39,099 bases of DNA from Mycobacteriales bacterium (GTDB taxonomy: Bacteria; Actinomycetota; Actinomycetes; Mycobacteriales; CADCTP01). Below the pieces are notes generated by a model. That model saw nothing but the letters and a program-made list of their open reading frames with translations, did not search any database and was not told the origin of the DNA. The stretch lies in contig DATINN010000160.1 in assembly GCA_035474175.1 (NCBI GenBank), positions 1 to 39,099 on the forward strand, written 5' to 3'. Position 1 is the first letter of the stretch. Each line of letters starts with the position of its first letter. Positions 7,781-16,069 of the stretch are shown here, one piece after another. Position numbers and translations under genes: made by a program.

Positions 7781-10561
7781 TCAGCCGGTGTTACGCAGCC
7801 CGGCGGCAATTCCGTTGACCGTCAGCAGCAACGCCCGCCGCAGCTCCGGGTCGACGTCCCCGGCCTCCTGCACCCGCTGCAACAGTGCGACCTGCAGGTA
7901 CGAGATCGGATCGAGGTACGCGTCCCGGACGGAGAGGGTCCGCTTCAACGACGGCTGGGTGTCCAGCAGATCCGTCTCCCCGGTCAACCGGAGTACTTCG
8001 GCCACCGTGCGGGCGTGTTCGGCCCGGATCCGGTCGAAGACGTGCCGCAGCTCCGGCGGCACCAGCGACTCGACGTAGTGCCCGGCGATGCCGAGGTCGG
8101 TCTTGGCCAGCGTCATCTCCACGTTGGACACGAACGCCCGGAAGAAGTGCCACTCGGCCACCATCTCGTCGATCACCGCGCCCAGGCCGGCCCCGCGGGC
8201 CGCGGCCAGCCCCGCGCCCACCCCGTACCAGCCGGGGACGATCTGGCGGGACTGGGTCCAGCCGAAGACCCACGGGATCGCCCGCAGCCCGCCCAGGCCG
8301 GCCCCGCTGTCGGGGCGCTTGGCCGGCCGGGAGCCGATGTTCATCCCGCCCAGCTGCTCCACCGGCGTGGAGGCGAGGAAGTAGGCCGGCAGGTCCGGGT
8401 CGTCGACCAGCTCGCGATAGGCCGCGTACGCCCCCGCGGACACGACGTCCATGGCCGCGTCCCAGCGCGCGATCACCTCCGGCGGCTGCCGCGACTGCAC
8501 GTGCAGCACCGAGGCCCGCAGCACCGCGGCCACGGTCAGCTCCAGGTTGTCCCGGGCCAGCACCGGCAGCGAGTACTTGTCGGAGATGACCTCGCCCTGC
8601 TCGGTCAGCTTCATCTCCCCGTCCAGCGTCCCGTACGGCTGGGCCAGGATCGCCTCGTGGGTCGGGCCGCCGCCGCGCCCGACCGTGCCGCCGCGGCCGT
8701 GGAAGAGCCGCAGCCGCACCCCGTGCGCGGCCGCGACGTCGCGCAGCCGCCGCTGGGCCTTGTGGATCTCCCACTGCGAGGTGGCGATGCCGGCCTCCTT
8801 GTTGGAGTCGGAGTAGCCCAGCATCACCTCCTGCACGTCCCCGCGCAGCCGCACCAGCTCCCGGTACGTCGGGTCGTCGAGCAGCCCGCCGACCAGCGCG
8901 TCGGCCGAGCGCAGCTCCGCCACCGTCTCCAGCAGCGGCACGAACCCGAGCCGGGCCACCCCGGAGTGCACGTCGACCAGCCCGGCCTCCCGGGCCAGCA
9001 CGACCGCGGCCAGCACGTCGTCGGGGCCGCGGGTCATCGAGATCACGTACGACTCGATGACCTCGGGGCCGAAGCGGTCCAGCGCGTCCCGGATCGTGGT
9101 GAAGACCGCGAACGTCCGGGCCGCGGTCCCCTCCAGCGGCGGGGGATAGGGCGACAGCGGCCGGCGGCCGGCCAGCTCCCGGGACAGCAGCCGCTTGCGG
9201 TACTCGCGGGGCAGGTCGTCGTAGCGCCAGGACTCGGTGCCGAGCCGGTCGACCAGCTGCCCGACGGCCTCGTGGTGGGCGTCGGCGTGCTCGCGGATGT
9301 CCATCGTGGCCAGGTGCAGCCCGAACGCGGCCACCGTGCGCTGCAGCGTGGCCAGCGGGCCGTCGGCGACCAGCTCGCCGCGGTGGGCCCGCAGCGACTC
9401 GCCGATCAGGGCCAGCTCGGCCAGCAGCTCGGCGCTGCCCAGGTAGTCGACGCCGGGCTCGTGCCGGGTGCCGCCGGCCAGCCGCTCCCGGGTCGCCACC
9501 AGCTTGGCCCGGATCGCGCTGGTCTTCAGCCGGTACGGCTCCTCGGCGTTGAAGCGCAGGCTGCGCTCGTCCAGGCCGCGCACGGTGGCCAGGTCGGCGT
9601 CGATCGAGGCGCGCAGCTCGGCGCTGATCCCGACGATGCGCGAGGACGAGGACAGCTCGCCGGTGAGCCGGTCGACCGCCCGCACCAGCACGTCGATGCC
9701 GTGCCCGTGCATGATCCGCAGCACCTGGTCGGTGACCGCGGCGGTGACGTTGGGGTTGCCGTCCCGGTCGCCGCCGGTCCAGTTGCCGAAGCTCAGCGGC
9801 CGGGCCGCGGGCGCGATCGTGCCGCCGTGCGCGGCCGCCTCGTCGGCCAGGTCGGCCAGCAGCCGCGGCACCGTGCCCTCGGCCAGGCCCTCCAGGTAAT
9901 AGGTGGCGTTGCGGGCCTCGTCGACCGGGTCGGGCCGGTCCAGCCGCAGCTCGTCGCTCTGCCAGATCAGGTCGACCACGGTGGCCAGCCGGCGGTCGTG
10001 CCGGCGCCGGGTCGTCTCCGACCGGTCGTCCGCCAGCAGCACGTCGCCGACCTCGCGCAGCTTGGTCAGGATCGTGCGCCGGCTGGCCTCGGTCGGGTGC
10101 GCGGTGAACACCGGCCGGATCGCCAGCGCGGCCAGCGCCTCGGTCAGCCCGTCCGGGCCGACCCGGTCGGCGACGGCGGTGACGGCCTCGGCCAGCCAGC
10201 CGCGCTCCGGCGGCCGGTCGGCCAGCCCGCGCACCCGGTGCACCTGCTCGGCCAGGTTGGCCAGGTAGAAGTACGCCGAGAAGGCCCGGACGAGCGAGAT
10301 CGCGGTCGGCAGCGGGGCCTCGCCGAGCAGCCGGCGCAGCTCGCGCAGTGCCTCGGGGTCGCCCGAGCCGTCGGCGGCGCCGGCGCTGCCGGTCGAGGCC
10401 CTCGGCGAGCTCGCCTTGGACGCCTTGGTCAGCCCGCGGACGCGTTCGACCAGGTCGAGCAGCTGCTGCCCCTCCTGCCGGACCAGGGACTCGCCGAGCA
10501 GCGCGCCCACCCGCCGCACGTCCGCCCGCAGGGCCGCGTCGTCCGCGGTCCCGTGGTCCAT
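7781..10561 (-). CDS. ppc: Phosphoenolpyruvate carboxylase
   Basis: Canonical motifs: [38 protein letters not shown] and the C-terminal AAGLRNTG. The track ORF starts at GTG 10660. I prefer ATG 10561-10559 ([31 protein letters not shown]), which gives the usual short N-terminus before the LRxDxRxLG motif. The start is uncertain by 33 codons. Confidence 0.93.
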   Translation of the reverse strand: MDHGTADDAALRADVRRVGALLGESLVRQEGQQLLDLVERVRGLTKASKASSPRASTGSAGAADGSGDPEALRELRRLLGEAPLPTAISLVRAFSAYFYLANLAEQVHRVRGLADRPPERGWLAEAVTAVADRVGPDGLTEALAALAIRPVFTAHPTEASRRTILTKLREVGDVLLADDRSETTRRRHDRRLATVVDLIWQSDELRLDRPDPVDEARNATYYLEGLAEGTVPRLLADLADEAAAHGGTIAPAARPLSFGNWTGGDRDGNPNVTAAVTDQVLRIMHGHGIDVLVRAVDRLTGELSSSSRIVGISAELRASIDADLATVRGLDERSLRFNAEEPYRLKTSAIRAKLVATRERLAGGTRHEPGVDYLGSAELLAELALIGESLRAHRGELVADGPLATLQRTVAAFGLHLATMDIREHADAHHEAVGQLVDRLGTESWRYDDLPREYRKRLLSRELAGRRPLSPYPPPLEGTAARTFAVFTTIRDALDRFGPEVIESYVISMTRGPDDVLAAVVLAREAGLVDVHSGVARLGFVPLLETVAELRSADALVGGLLDDPTYRELVRLRGDVQEVMLGYSDSNKEAGIATSQWEIHKAQRRLRDVAAAHGVRLRLFHGRGGTVGRGGGPTHEAILAQPYGTLDGEMKLTEQGEVISDKYSLPVLARDNLELTVAAVLRASVLHVQSRQPPEVIARWDAAMDVVSAGAYAAYRELVDDPDLPAYFLASTPVEQLGGMNIGSRPAKRPDSGAGLGGLRAIPWVFGWTQSRQIVPGWYGVGAGLAAARGAGLGAVIDEMVAEWHFFRAFVSNVEMTLAKTDLGIAGHYVESLVPPELRHVFDRIRAEHARTVAEVLRLTGETDLLDTQPSLKRTLSVRDAYLDPISYLQVALLQRVQEAGDVDPELRRALLLTVNGIAAGLRNTG

Positions 10562-11022
10562 CGGGTCCAGGTCGTCCTGCGCCGCCGGACGCCGTGCGGC
10601 CTCCGACGCGCGTTCGTCATCGACTCGCACCGGGACAGTCTCCTCGACACCGGCGGTCACCCGCGACCGCCCGGACGGTCACGGAACGCGGTGAGGCCGA
10701 GACCGCCTCTGTGGCTGTGAGTGGCTATCGGTAAGGTCCTTTCGGCCAGGTGGAGCAGTTACATGACATGCCCGGCCGTCCTGCGTCCGATGCACCAAGT
10801 CCCGACTACAGACAGTAACCAAATTGCCCTGACGGACAGTGTTCTCCGGCCGTCACGGGGATTTTCTTTCGAAGTCTTCACACTGCGTGACCTAAGCCGC
10901 TATGTTTGGCATCGCTTCTGGGGGGACCCGACGCACCGTCATCACGGTTCGCCGGGCCGGGGGCTTCTACGAAAGCTGGTCCGGCTGTGCGCCTGCACCG
11001 CCGGATGGGGGGTGGGGTGCGA
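10562..11022. promoter_or_regulatory. Divergent intergenic region (ppc <-> priming transferase) with lower GC; promoters presumed, not mapped
   Basis: About 360-460 nt without a GC3-biased ORF. There is a local GC drop around 10720-10900. It is flanked by divergently oriented starts. Confidence 0.35.
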
Positions 11023-12489
11023 ATGAGCGTCCTCGACCGGTCGCCCCGGTTCGTCGACGACGGGATCGGTGCGGGCGTTGCCCGGCGCCGGAGTTGGGAA
11101 CGTCGCTACGCGCGGCTGCTCGTCGGCTACGACGGGCTGGTCGGCATCGTCGCCGCTGTCGCGGCTTACACGCTCCGGTTCTCGGACGGCTCCTTCCGCT
11201 GGACGTACGGCTACGCCGTGGCCAGCTTCGCCGCCCCGGTCCTCTGGGTCTGCGCGGTCGCGCTGGCCGGCGGCTACGAGTCCCGGATCCTCGGCCTCGG
11301 GTCGGAGGAGTTCCAGCGGATCTTCCGGGCCTTCGTGGGCATGACCGCCACCGTCGGCTTCGTGTCGTACGCGTTGAAGGCGGACGTCGCCCGCGGCTAC
11401 ATCGTGCTGGCGCTGCCACTGGCCATGGTGCTGTCCTTCCTGGGGCACTACGCGGCCCGCAAACGGCTGCACCGCGGCCGCTCCCGCGGCCGCTTCACCT
11501 ACCGGGTGATCGCGGTCGGCGGCGAGGAGTCGGTCGCCGACCTGACCGCCCAGCTCCGGCAGGAGCGCTACGCGGGCATGCAGGTCGTCGGCGCGTGCCT
11601 GTCCTCCGGGGACGGCGCCCGGCTGGTCGGCCTGGGCGTGCCGCTGCTCGGCGGGCTGGACGACGTCGCCGACGCGGTCCGCGCCTCCAACGCCGACACC
11701 GTCGCGGTGGCCGCCGGCGCGAGCGTCGGACCGGCCCGGCTGCGCCGGCTGTCCTGGCAGCTGGAGGGCACCGACACCGACCTGGTGGTGGCGCCCGGCC
11801 TGATGGAGGTGGCCGGTCCGCGGCTGCACATCCGGCCGATGACCGGCCTGCCGCTGCTGCACGTGGAGGAGCCGGAGTTCGCCGGCGCCCGCCGGGTGGC
11901 GAAGGCGGTCGTGGACCGCTCGCTGGCCGTGTTCAGCGTGCTGATGTTCCTGCCGCTGATGATCGGCCTCTGGCTCGCCGTCCGGCTGAGCAGCCCCGGG
12001 CCGGCGGTGTTCAAGCAGACCCGCACCGGCCAGGACGGCCGCGAGTTCACCCTGCTGAAGTTCCGCTCCATGTACGTGGACGCGGAGAAGCGCAAGGCCG
12101 AGCTCGAGCACCGCAACGAGCGGGCCGAGGGGCTGCTGTTCAAGATCCGGGACGACCCGCGCGTCACCCCGGTCGGCCGCTTCCTCCGGCGTTACTCGCT
12201 CGACGAGCTGCCGCAGCTGATCAACGTCGTGCAGGGCAAGATGTCGCTGGTCGGCCCGCGCCCGCCGCTGCCGGCCGAGGTCGCGCTCTACCAGGACGAC
12301 GTCCGCCGCCGGCTGCTGGTCAAGCCCGGCCTGACCGGCCTCTGGCAGATCAGCGGGCGCAGCGACCTGGACTGGGACGAGTCCGTCCGGCTCGACCTGC
12401 GCTACGTGGAGAACTGGTCCTTCACCCTGGACCTGATGATCCTGTGGAAGACGATGTCCACCGTCGTCCGCGGCCGGGGCGCGTACTGA
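11023..12489 (+). CDS. Exopolysaccharide-type polyprenyl-phosphate sugar-phosphate transferase (WbaP/CpsE-like, Bac_transf domain), the priming enzyme
   Basis: ATG 11023 follows GGGGTGGGG. N-terminal TM helices and a central Rossmann-like segment (YRVIAVGGEESV...) precede the C-terminal PGPAVFKQTRTGQDGREFTLLKFRSM...LFKIRDDPRVTPVGRFLRRYSLDELPQLINVVQGKMSLVGPRPPLP...KPGLTGLWQISGRSDL. This is the classic bacterial sugar transferase domain. Confidence 0.9.
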   Translation: MSVLDRSPRFVDDGIGAGVARRRSWERRYARLLVGYDGLVGIVAAVAAYTLRFSDGSFRWTYGYAVASFAAPVLWVCAVALAGGYESRILGLGSEEFQRIFRAFVGMTATVGFVSYALKADVARGYIVLALPLAMVLSFLGHYAARKRLHRGRSRGRFTYRVIAVGGEESVADLTAQLRQERYAGMQVVGACLSSGDGARLVGLGVPLLGGLDDVADAVRASNADTVAVAAGASVGPARLRRLSWQLEGTDTDLVVAPGLMEVAGPRLHIRPMTGLPLLHVEEPEFAGARRVAKAVVDRSLAVFSVLMFLPLMIGLWLAVRLSSPGPAVFKQTRTGQDGREFTLLKFRSMYVDAEKRKAELEHRNERAEGLLFKIRDDPRVTPVGRFLRRYSLDELPQLINVVQGKMSLVGPRPPLPAEVALYQDDVRRRLLVKPGLTGLWQISGRSDLDWDESVRLDLRYVENWSFTLDLMILWKTMSTVVRGRGAY

Positions 12490-12578
12490 GCGCGTCCGCG
12501 TCCCGTTCGTCCCACCGGTCGGCTGGCAGGAGAATCCGGTCCCGGAAGAAATCCGAGACCGGAGAGGTAGACCTTCAC

Positions 12579-13325
12579 GTGGATGACGCCCTGCTGGCCG
12601 AGGAGCTGGCCGACCGGGCCGGCGCGCTGCTGCTCGGGCTGCGCGCCGGCGGCGCCGACGGCAAGACCGGCGACGCCGAGTCCGACCGGTTCCTGCTGGC
12701 CGAGCTGGCCGCGCGCCGGCCCGGCGACGCGGTGCTGTCCGAGGAGAGTCCCGACCCGGCCGCCCGGCACACCGCCGAGCGGGTCTGGATCGTCGACCCG
12801 CTGGACGGCACCCGCGAGTTCGGCGAGGCCGGCCGCACCGACTGGGCCGTGCACGTCGCGCTCTGGGTGTCCGGCGAGCTGGCCGCGGGCGCGGTCGCGC
12901 TGCCCGCGCTCGGCACGGTGCTCTCCTCCCGCACGCCGCCCGCGGTGCCGGCCCGGGACGGGGTCCGGCGGATCGCGGTCAGCCGCACCCGCCCGCCCGC
13001 CTGGGCCTACCCGGTGGCCGAGGAGCTGGGCGCCGAGCTGGTCGGGATGGGCTCGGCCGGGGCCAAGGTCGCGGCCGTGCTGCGCGGCGAGGTCGACGCC
13101 TACCTGCACGACGGCGGCCAGTACGAGTGGGACTCGGCCGCCCCGGTGGCCGTCGCGCACGCCGCCGGGCTGCACGCGAGCCACGTCGACGGGTTGCCGT
13201 TGGGTTATAACCGGCCCGATCCGTGGTCGCCCGATCTGCTCGTCTGCGACGCTGGGGTTGCGGACCGGATCGTGGGCCTGATCGGCCGGCACCGCACGAC
13301 CACCGAGGGAGCTCCATCGCGATGA
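12579..13325 (+). CDS. cysQ: 3'(2'),5'-bisphosphate nucleotidase (PAP phosphatase), inositol monophosphatase family
   Basis: This is the C-terminal part of track ORF 10902..13325. GTG 12579 is preceded by GGAGAGG (12561-12567). Motifs: SEES...VWIVDPLDGTREF (metal-binding E / DPxDGT) and YEWDSAAPVAVAHAAG (WD motif). The stop overlaps the cysD start as ATGA (13322-13325). Confidence 0.85.
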   Translation: MDDALLAEELADRAGALLLGLRAGGADGKTGDAESDRFLLAELAARRPGDAVLSEESPDPAARHTAERVWIVDPLDGTREFGEAGRTDWAVHVALWVSGELAAGAVALPALGTVLSSRTPPAVPARDGVRRIAVSRTRPPAWAYPVAEELGAELVGMGSAGAKVAAVLRGEVDAYLHDGGQYEWDSAAPVAVAHAAGLHASHVDGLPLGYNRPDPWSPDLLVCDAGVADRIVGLIGRHRTTTEGAPSR

Positions 13326-14233
13326 CCGAACCCCAGCGCTACCAGCTCAGCCAGCTGAGGACCCTCGAAGCCGAGGCCGTCTTCATCATGCGCGAGGTGG
13401 TGGCCGAGTTCGAGCGGCCGGTGCTGCTGTTCTCCGGCGGCAAGGACTCGATCGTCATGCTGCGGCTGGCGGAGAAGGCCTTCTACCCGGCCCGGATCCC
13501 GTTCCCGGTGATGCACGTCGACACCGGCCACAACTTCGCCGAGGTCCTCGCCTTCCGCGACGCCGCCGTCGAGCGGTTCGGGGTGCGACTGGTGGTGGCG
13601 AGCGTGCAGGAGGCCATCGACAACGGCACGGTCACCCAGCCGCCGGACGGCACCCGCAACCGGATCCAGACCCCGGTCCTGCTCGACGCGCTGGAGAAGC
13701 ACCGGTTCACCGCGATCTTCGGCGGCGCCCGCCGGGACGAGGACAAGGCCCGGGCCAAGGAGCGGATCTTCTCCTTCCGGGACGACTTCGGCCAGTGGGA
13801 CCCGAAGAACCAACGCCCGGAGCTGTGGAGCCTCTACAACGCCCGCATCCACGACGGCGAGAGCATCCGCGTCTTCCCGCTGTCCAACTGGACCGAGCTC
13901 GACATCTGGCAGTACATCGAGCAGGAGGGCATCGAGCTGCCCTCGATCTACTTCGCGCACGACCGCGAGGTCTTCTCCCGGCGCGGCATGCTCTTCGGCG
14001 TCCACCCGCACTGCCAGCCGCGGGCCGGCGAGGAGGTCGTGGTCCGGCGGGTGCGCTACCGGACCGTCGGCGACGCCAGCCTGACCGCGGCCGTCGAGTC
14101 CGACGCCGACACCGTGGCCAAGGTGATCGACGAGGTCGCCACCACCCGGATCACCGAGCGCGGCGCCACCCGGGGCGACGACAAGTTCAGCGAGGCCGCC
14201 ATGGAAGACCGCAAGCGTGAGGGCTACTTTTAG
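13322..14233 (+). CDS. cysD: Sulfate adenylyltransferase subunit 2
   Basis: MTEPQRYQLSQLRTLEAEAVFIMREV...LLFSGGKDSIVMLRLA (PP-loop SGGKDS)...FGGARRDEDKARAKERIFSFRD...and C-terminal MEDRKREGYF. This is a full-length CysD pattern. Confidence 0.95.
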   Translation: MTEPQRYQLSQLRTLEAEAVFIMREVVAEFERPVLLFSGGKDSIVMLRLAEKAFYPARIPFPVMHVDTGHNFAEVLAFRDAAVERFGVRLVVASVQEAIDNGTVTQPPDGTRNRIQTPVLLDALEKHRFTAIFGGARRDEDKARAKERIFSFRDDFGQWDPKNQRPELWSLYNARIHDGESIRVFPLSNWTELDIWQYIEQEGIELPSIYFAHDREVFSRRGMLFGVHPHCQPRAGEEVVVRRVRYRTVGDASLTAAVESDADTVAKVIDEVATTRITERGATRGDDKFSEAAMEDRKREGYF

Positions 14234-14397
14234 GGCGTCCCTCCCAGCCATCTGGCGGCGCGGACGACGCCCAGACGACGACCGGCTGCGTTGTCGGGGC
14301 GCGACCGATACAACAGAGGTATCGGCCGACCCCTCCGTCTTGCCGGACGCCGCCTGGACGCCGCCCGCATCCACCGACGACTGAGAGGCACGCCCTA

Positions 14398-15645
14398 ATG
14401 GACATCCTTCGGTTCGCCACGGCCGGCTCGGTCGACGACGGCAAGAGCACGCTGATCGGCCGGCTCCTGTACGACACCAAGACCGTGTTCGCCGACCAGA
14501 TCGAGGCGGTCGAGCGGGTCAGCAAGGAGCGCGGCGACGAGCACGTCAACCTGGCGCTGCTGACCGACGGCCTGCGGGCCGAGCGCGAGCAGGGCATCAC
14601 GATCGACGTCGCGTACCGCTACTTCGCCACGCCCAAGCGCAAGTTCATCATCGCCGACACCCCGGGCCACATCCAGTACACCCGGAACATGGTCACCGGC
14701 GCCTCCACCGCCGACCTGGCCCTGATCCTGGTCGACGCCCGCAACGGGCTGGTCGAGCAGAGCCGGCGGCACGCGTTCCTGGCCACCCTGCTCGCGGTGC
14801 CGCACCTGGTGCTGTGCGTCAACAAGATGGACCTCGTCGGCTACGACCAGGCCGTCTACGACCGCATCCACGAGGAGTTCATCGCGTTCGCGACCAAGCT
14901 GCGGGTGCCGGACCTGACCGTGATCCCGGTGTCCGCGCTGCAGGGCGACAACGTGGTCACGCGCTCGGACAACATGCCCTGGTACGACGGGCCCAGCCTG
15001 CTGCACCACCTGGAAAACGTGCACGTCGCCAGCGACCGCAACCTGATCGACGTCCGCTTCCCCGTGCAGTACGTGATCCGGCCCCAGTCCGACGCCTGGC
15101 ACGACTACCGCGGCTACGCCGGGCAGGTCGCCGGTGGCGTGCTCAAGCCCGGCGACGACGTGATGGTGCTGCCCAGCGGGCTCACCACCCGGATCGCCTC
15201 GATCGACACGGCCGACGGCCCGGTCGAGGAGGCGTACGCGCCGATGTCGGTGACGGTGCGGCTGGAGGACAACCTCGACGTCTCCCGCGGCGACCTGATC
15301 TGCCGGCCGCACAACGCGCCCACGGTCACCCAGGACGTCGAGGCGATGGTCTGCTGGATGACCGACAAGCCGCTGCGGCCCGGGGCCAAGCTGGCGATCA
15401 AGCACACCACCCGCTCGGCCCGGGCCGTGGTCCGCGACCTGCGCTACCGGCTGGACGTCAACACGCTGCACCGGGACGAGGACGCGAGCGAGCTGACGCT
15501 CAACGACATCGGCCGGGTGAAGCTGCGCACGACGCAGCCGCTGTTCGCCGACGAATACCGCCGCAACCGCACCACCGGTGGGTTCATCCTCGTCGACGAG
15601 GCGACCAACGCCACCGCCGGCGCCGGGATGATCCTCGAGGGCTGA
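14398..15645 (+). CDS. cysN: Sulfate adenylyltransferase subunit 1 (GTPase), stand-alone with no APS-kinase domain
   Basis: MDILRFATAGSVDDGKSTLIGRLL (G1), IADTPGH (G3), VNKMD (G4) and EF-Tu-like domains II/III. It ends at GFILVDEATNATAGAGMILEG after 415 aa, so no CysC extension is present. The RBS GAGAGG lies upstream of ATG 14398. Confidence 0.95.
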   Translation: MDILRFATAGSVDDGKSTLIGRLLYDTKTVFADQIEAVERVSKERGDEHVNLALLTDGLRAEREQGITIDVAYRYFATPKRKFIIADTPGHIQYTRNMVTGASTADLALILVDARNGLVEQSRRHAFLATLLAVPHLVLCVNKMDLVGYDQAVYDRIHEEFIAFATKLRVPDLTVIPVSALQGDNVVTRSDNMPWYDGPSLLHHLENVHVASDRNLIDVRFPVQYVIRPQSDAWHDYRGYAGQVAGGVLKPGDDVMVLPSGLTTRIASIDTADGPVEEAYAPMSVTVRLEDNLDVSRGDLICRPHNAPTVTQDVEAMVCWMTDKPLRPGAKLAIKHTTRSARAVVRDLRYRLDVNTLHRDEDASELTLNDIGRVKLRTTQPLFADEYRRNRTTGGFILVDEATNATAGAGMILEG

Positions 15646-16069
15646 ACCCGTCTTTCCGGGCTTTCCGGGCTCCACCCGGTCGTGTGAATTTCGCCCCGCA
15701 GGGTGGGTCCGGAGCGTGACAGGGCATGTGGTATGCGTTGCGGCGGCTGGGCCGTGCGACCGTGCCCGCATCGTCCGGACGGCTCAACGTACACAGCGTT
15801 GTGGTACGCAGCGTTGCCTTCCGACCGCCACGAGATACTCAGGGTGACTCGTACGGTACTGAGCCGTGTCCTCCTTGTGACTGCGCGTGTAAGGGGCTAT
15901 GGTCCCGCAAGCCCTTCGGGAGACCCTCCCGTCGGGCTAGCCGTGACGATCACGGGGGTCGGTGCCCCCAAGATCCTCGCGGCGGACTGTGAACGTGAAC
16001 GACGCAACGTTGCGGCTCCTCTGCAACGCTCCGGAAAACCGGCGGACCTCCCGTCGGGAGAGGACACGG

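Noticed and set aside
7781-10561. ppc as a functional member of the glycan system (for example PEP supply for pyruvylation or ulosonic acids).
   Set aside because: No pyruvyl transferase or NeuB/KdsA-like PEP-condensing enzyme is visible in the window. ppc is a conserved anaplerotic housekeeping gene with its own intergenic regions on both sides, so it is most simply a bystander separating the two arms.
8015-10720. 901-aa ORF on the plus strand opposite ppc. Similar giant antisense or alternate-frame ORFs occur at 1441-2880, 2877-4514, 4145-5503, 24057-27002, 34684-38370, 20738-23251, 31643-33595 and 29267-30805.
   Set aside because: The translations are Arg/Pro/Gly/Asp-rich low-complexity strings with no motifs. 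Each lies opposite or out of frame to an ORF with clear family signatures. Long stop-free shadow frames are expected at this GC content.
14290-14397. 35-codon TTG-initiated ORF inside the cysD-cysN spacer, ending in a TAA that overlaps the cysN ATG (TAATG).
   Set aside because: It is extremely Arg-rich, uses codons that are rare for this genome (several CGA and AGA codons, plus GGT and CGT), and has no RBS. It is more likely non-coding structured RNA.
14398-15645. cysN as a truncated pseudogene of a cysNC fusion.
   Set aside because: The ORF is intact with all G-motifs and complete domains II/III, and it ends at a natural stop followed by non-coding sequence with no APS-kinase remnants in any frame. 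Stand-alone CysN of about this length is normal in many actinomycetes.
15880-15960. Possible c-di-GMP (GEMM-I-like) riboswitch upstream of the secreted hydrolase, because of ggtcccgcaagccc...cgggag.
   Set aside because: Only a vague resemblance to the ACGCAAAGC segment. The first hairpin with GGCAAAC and a GAAA tetraloop is absent, and I could not build the two-helix junction by eye.
15726-15992. 88-aa ORF in the cysN-hydrolase intergenic region with a Cys-rich patch (EPCPPCDCACKG) that could look like a small metal-binding or RiPP-like peptide.
   Set aside because: About half of its codons end in A/T, whereas real genes here are almost exclusively G/C-ending. There is no RBS, and it overlaps the repeat/palindrome-rich leader. 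I treat it as non-coding.
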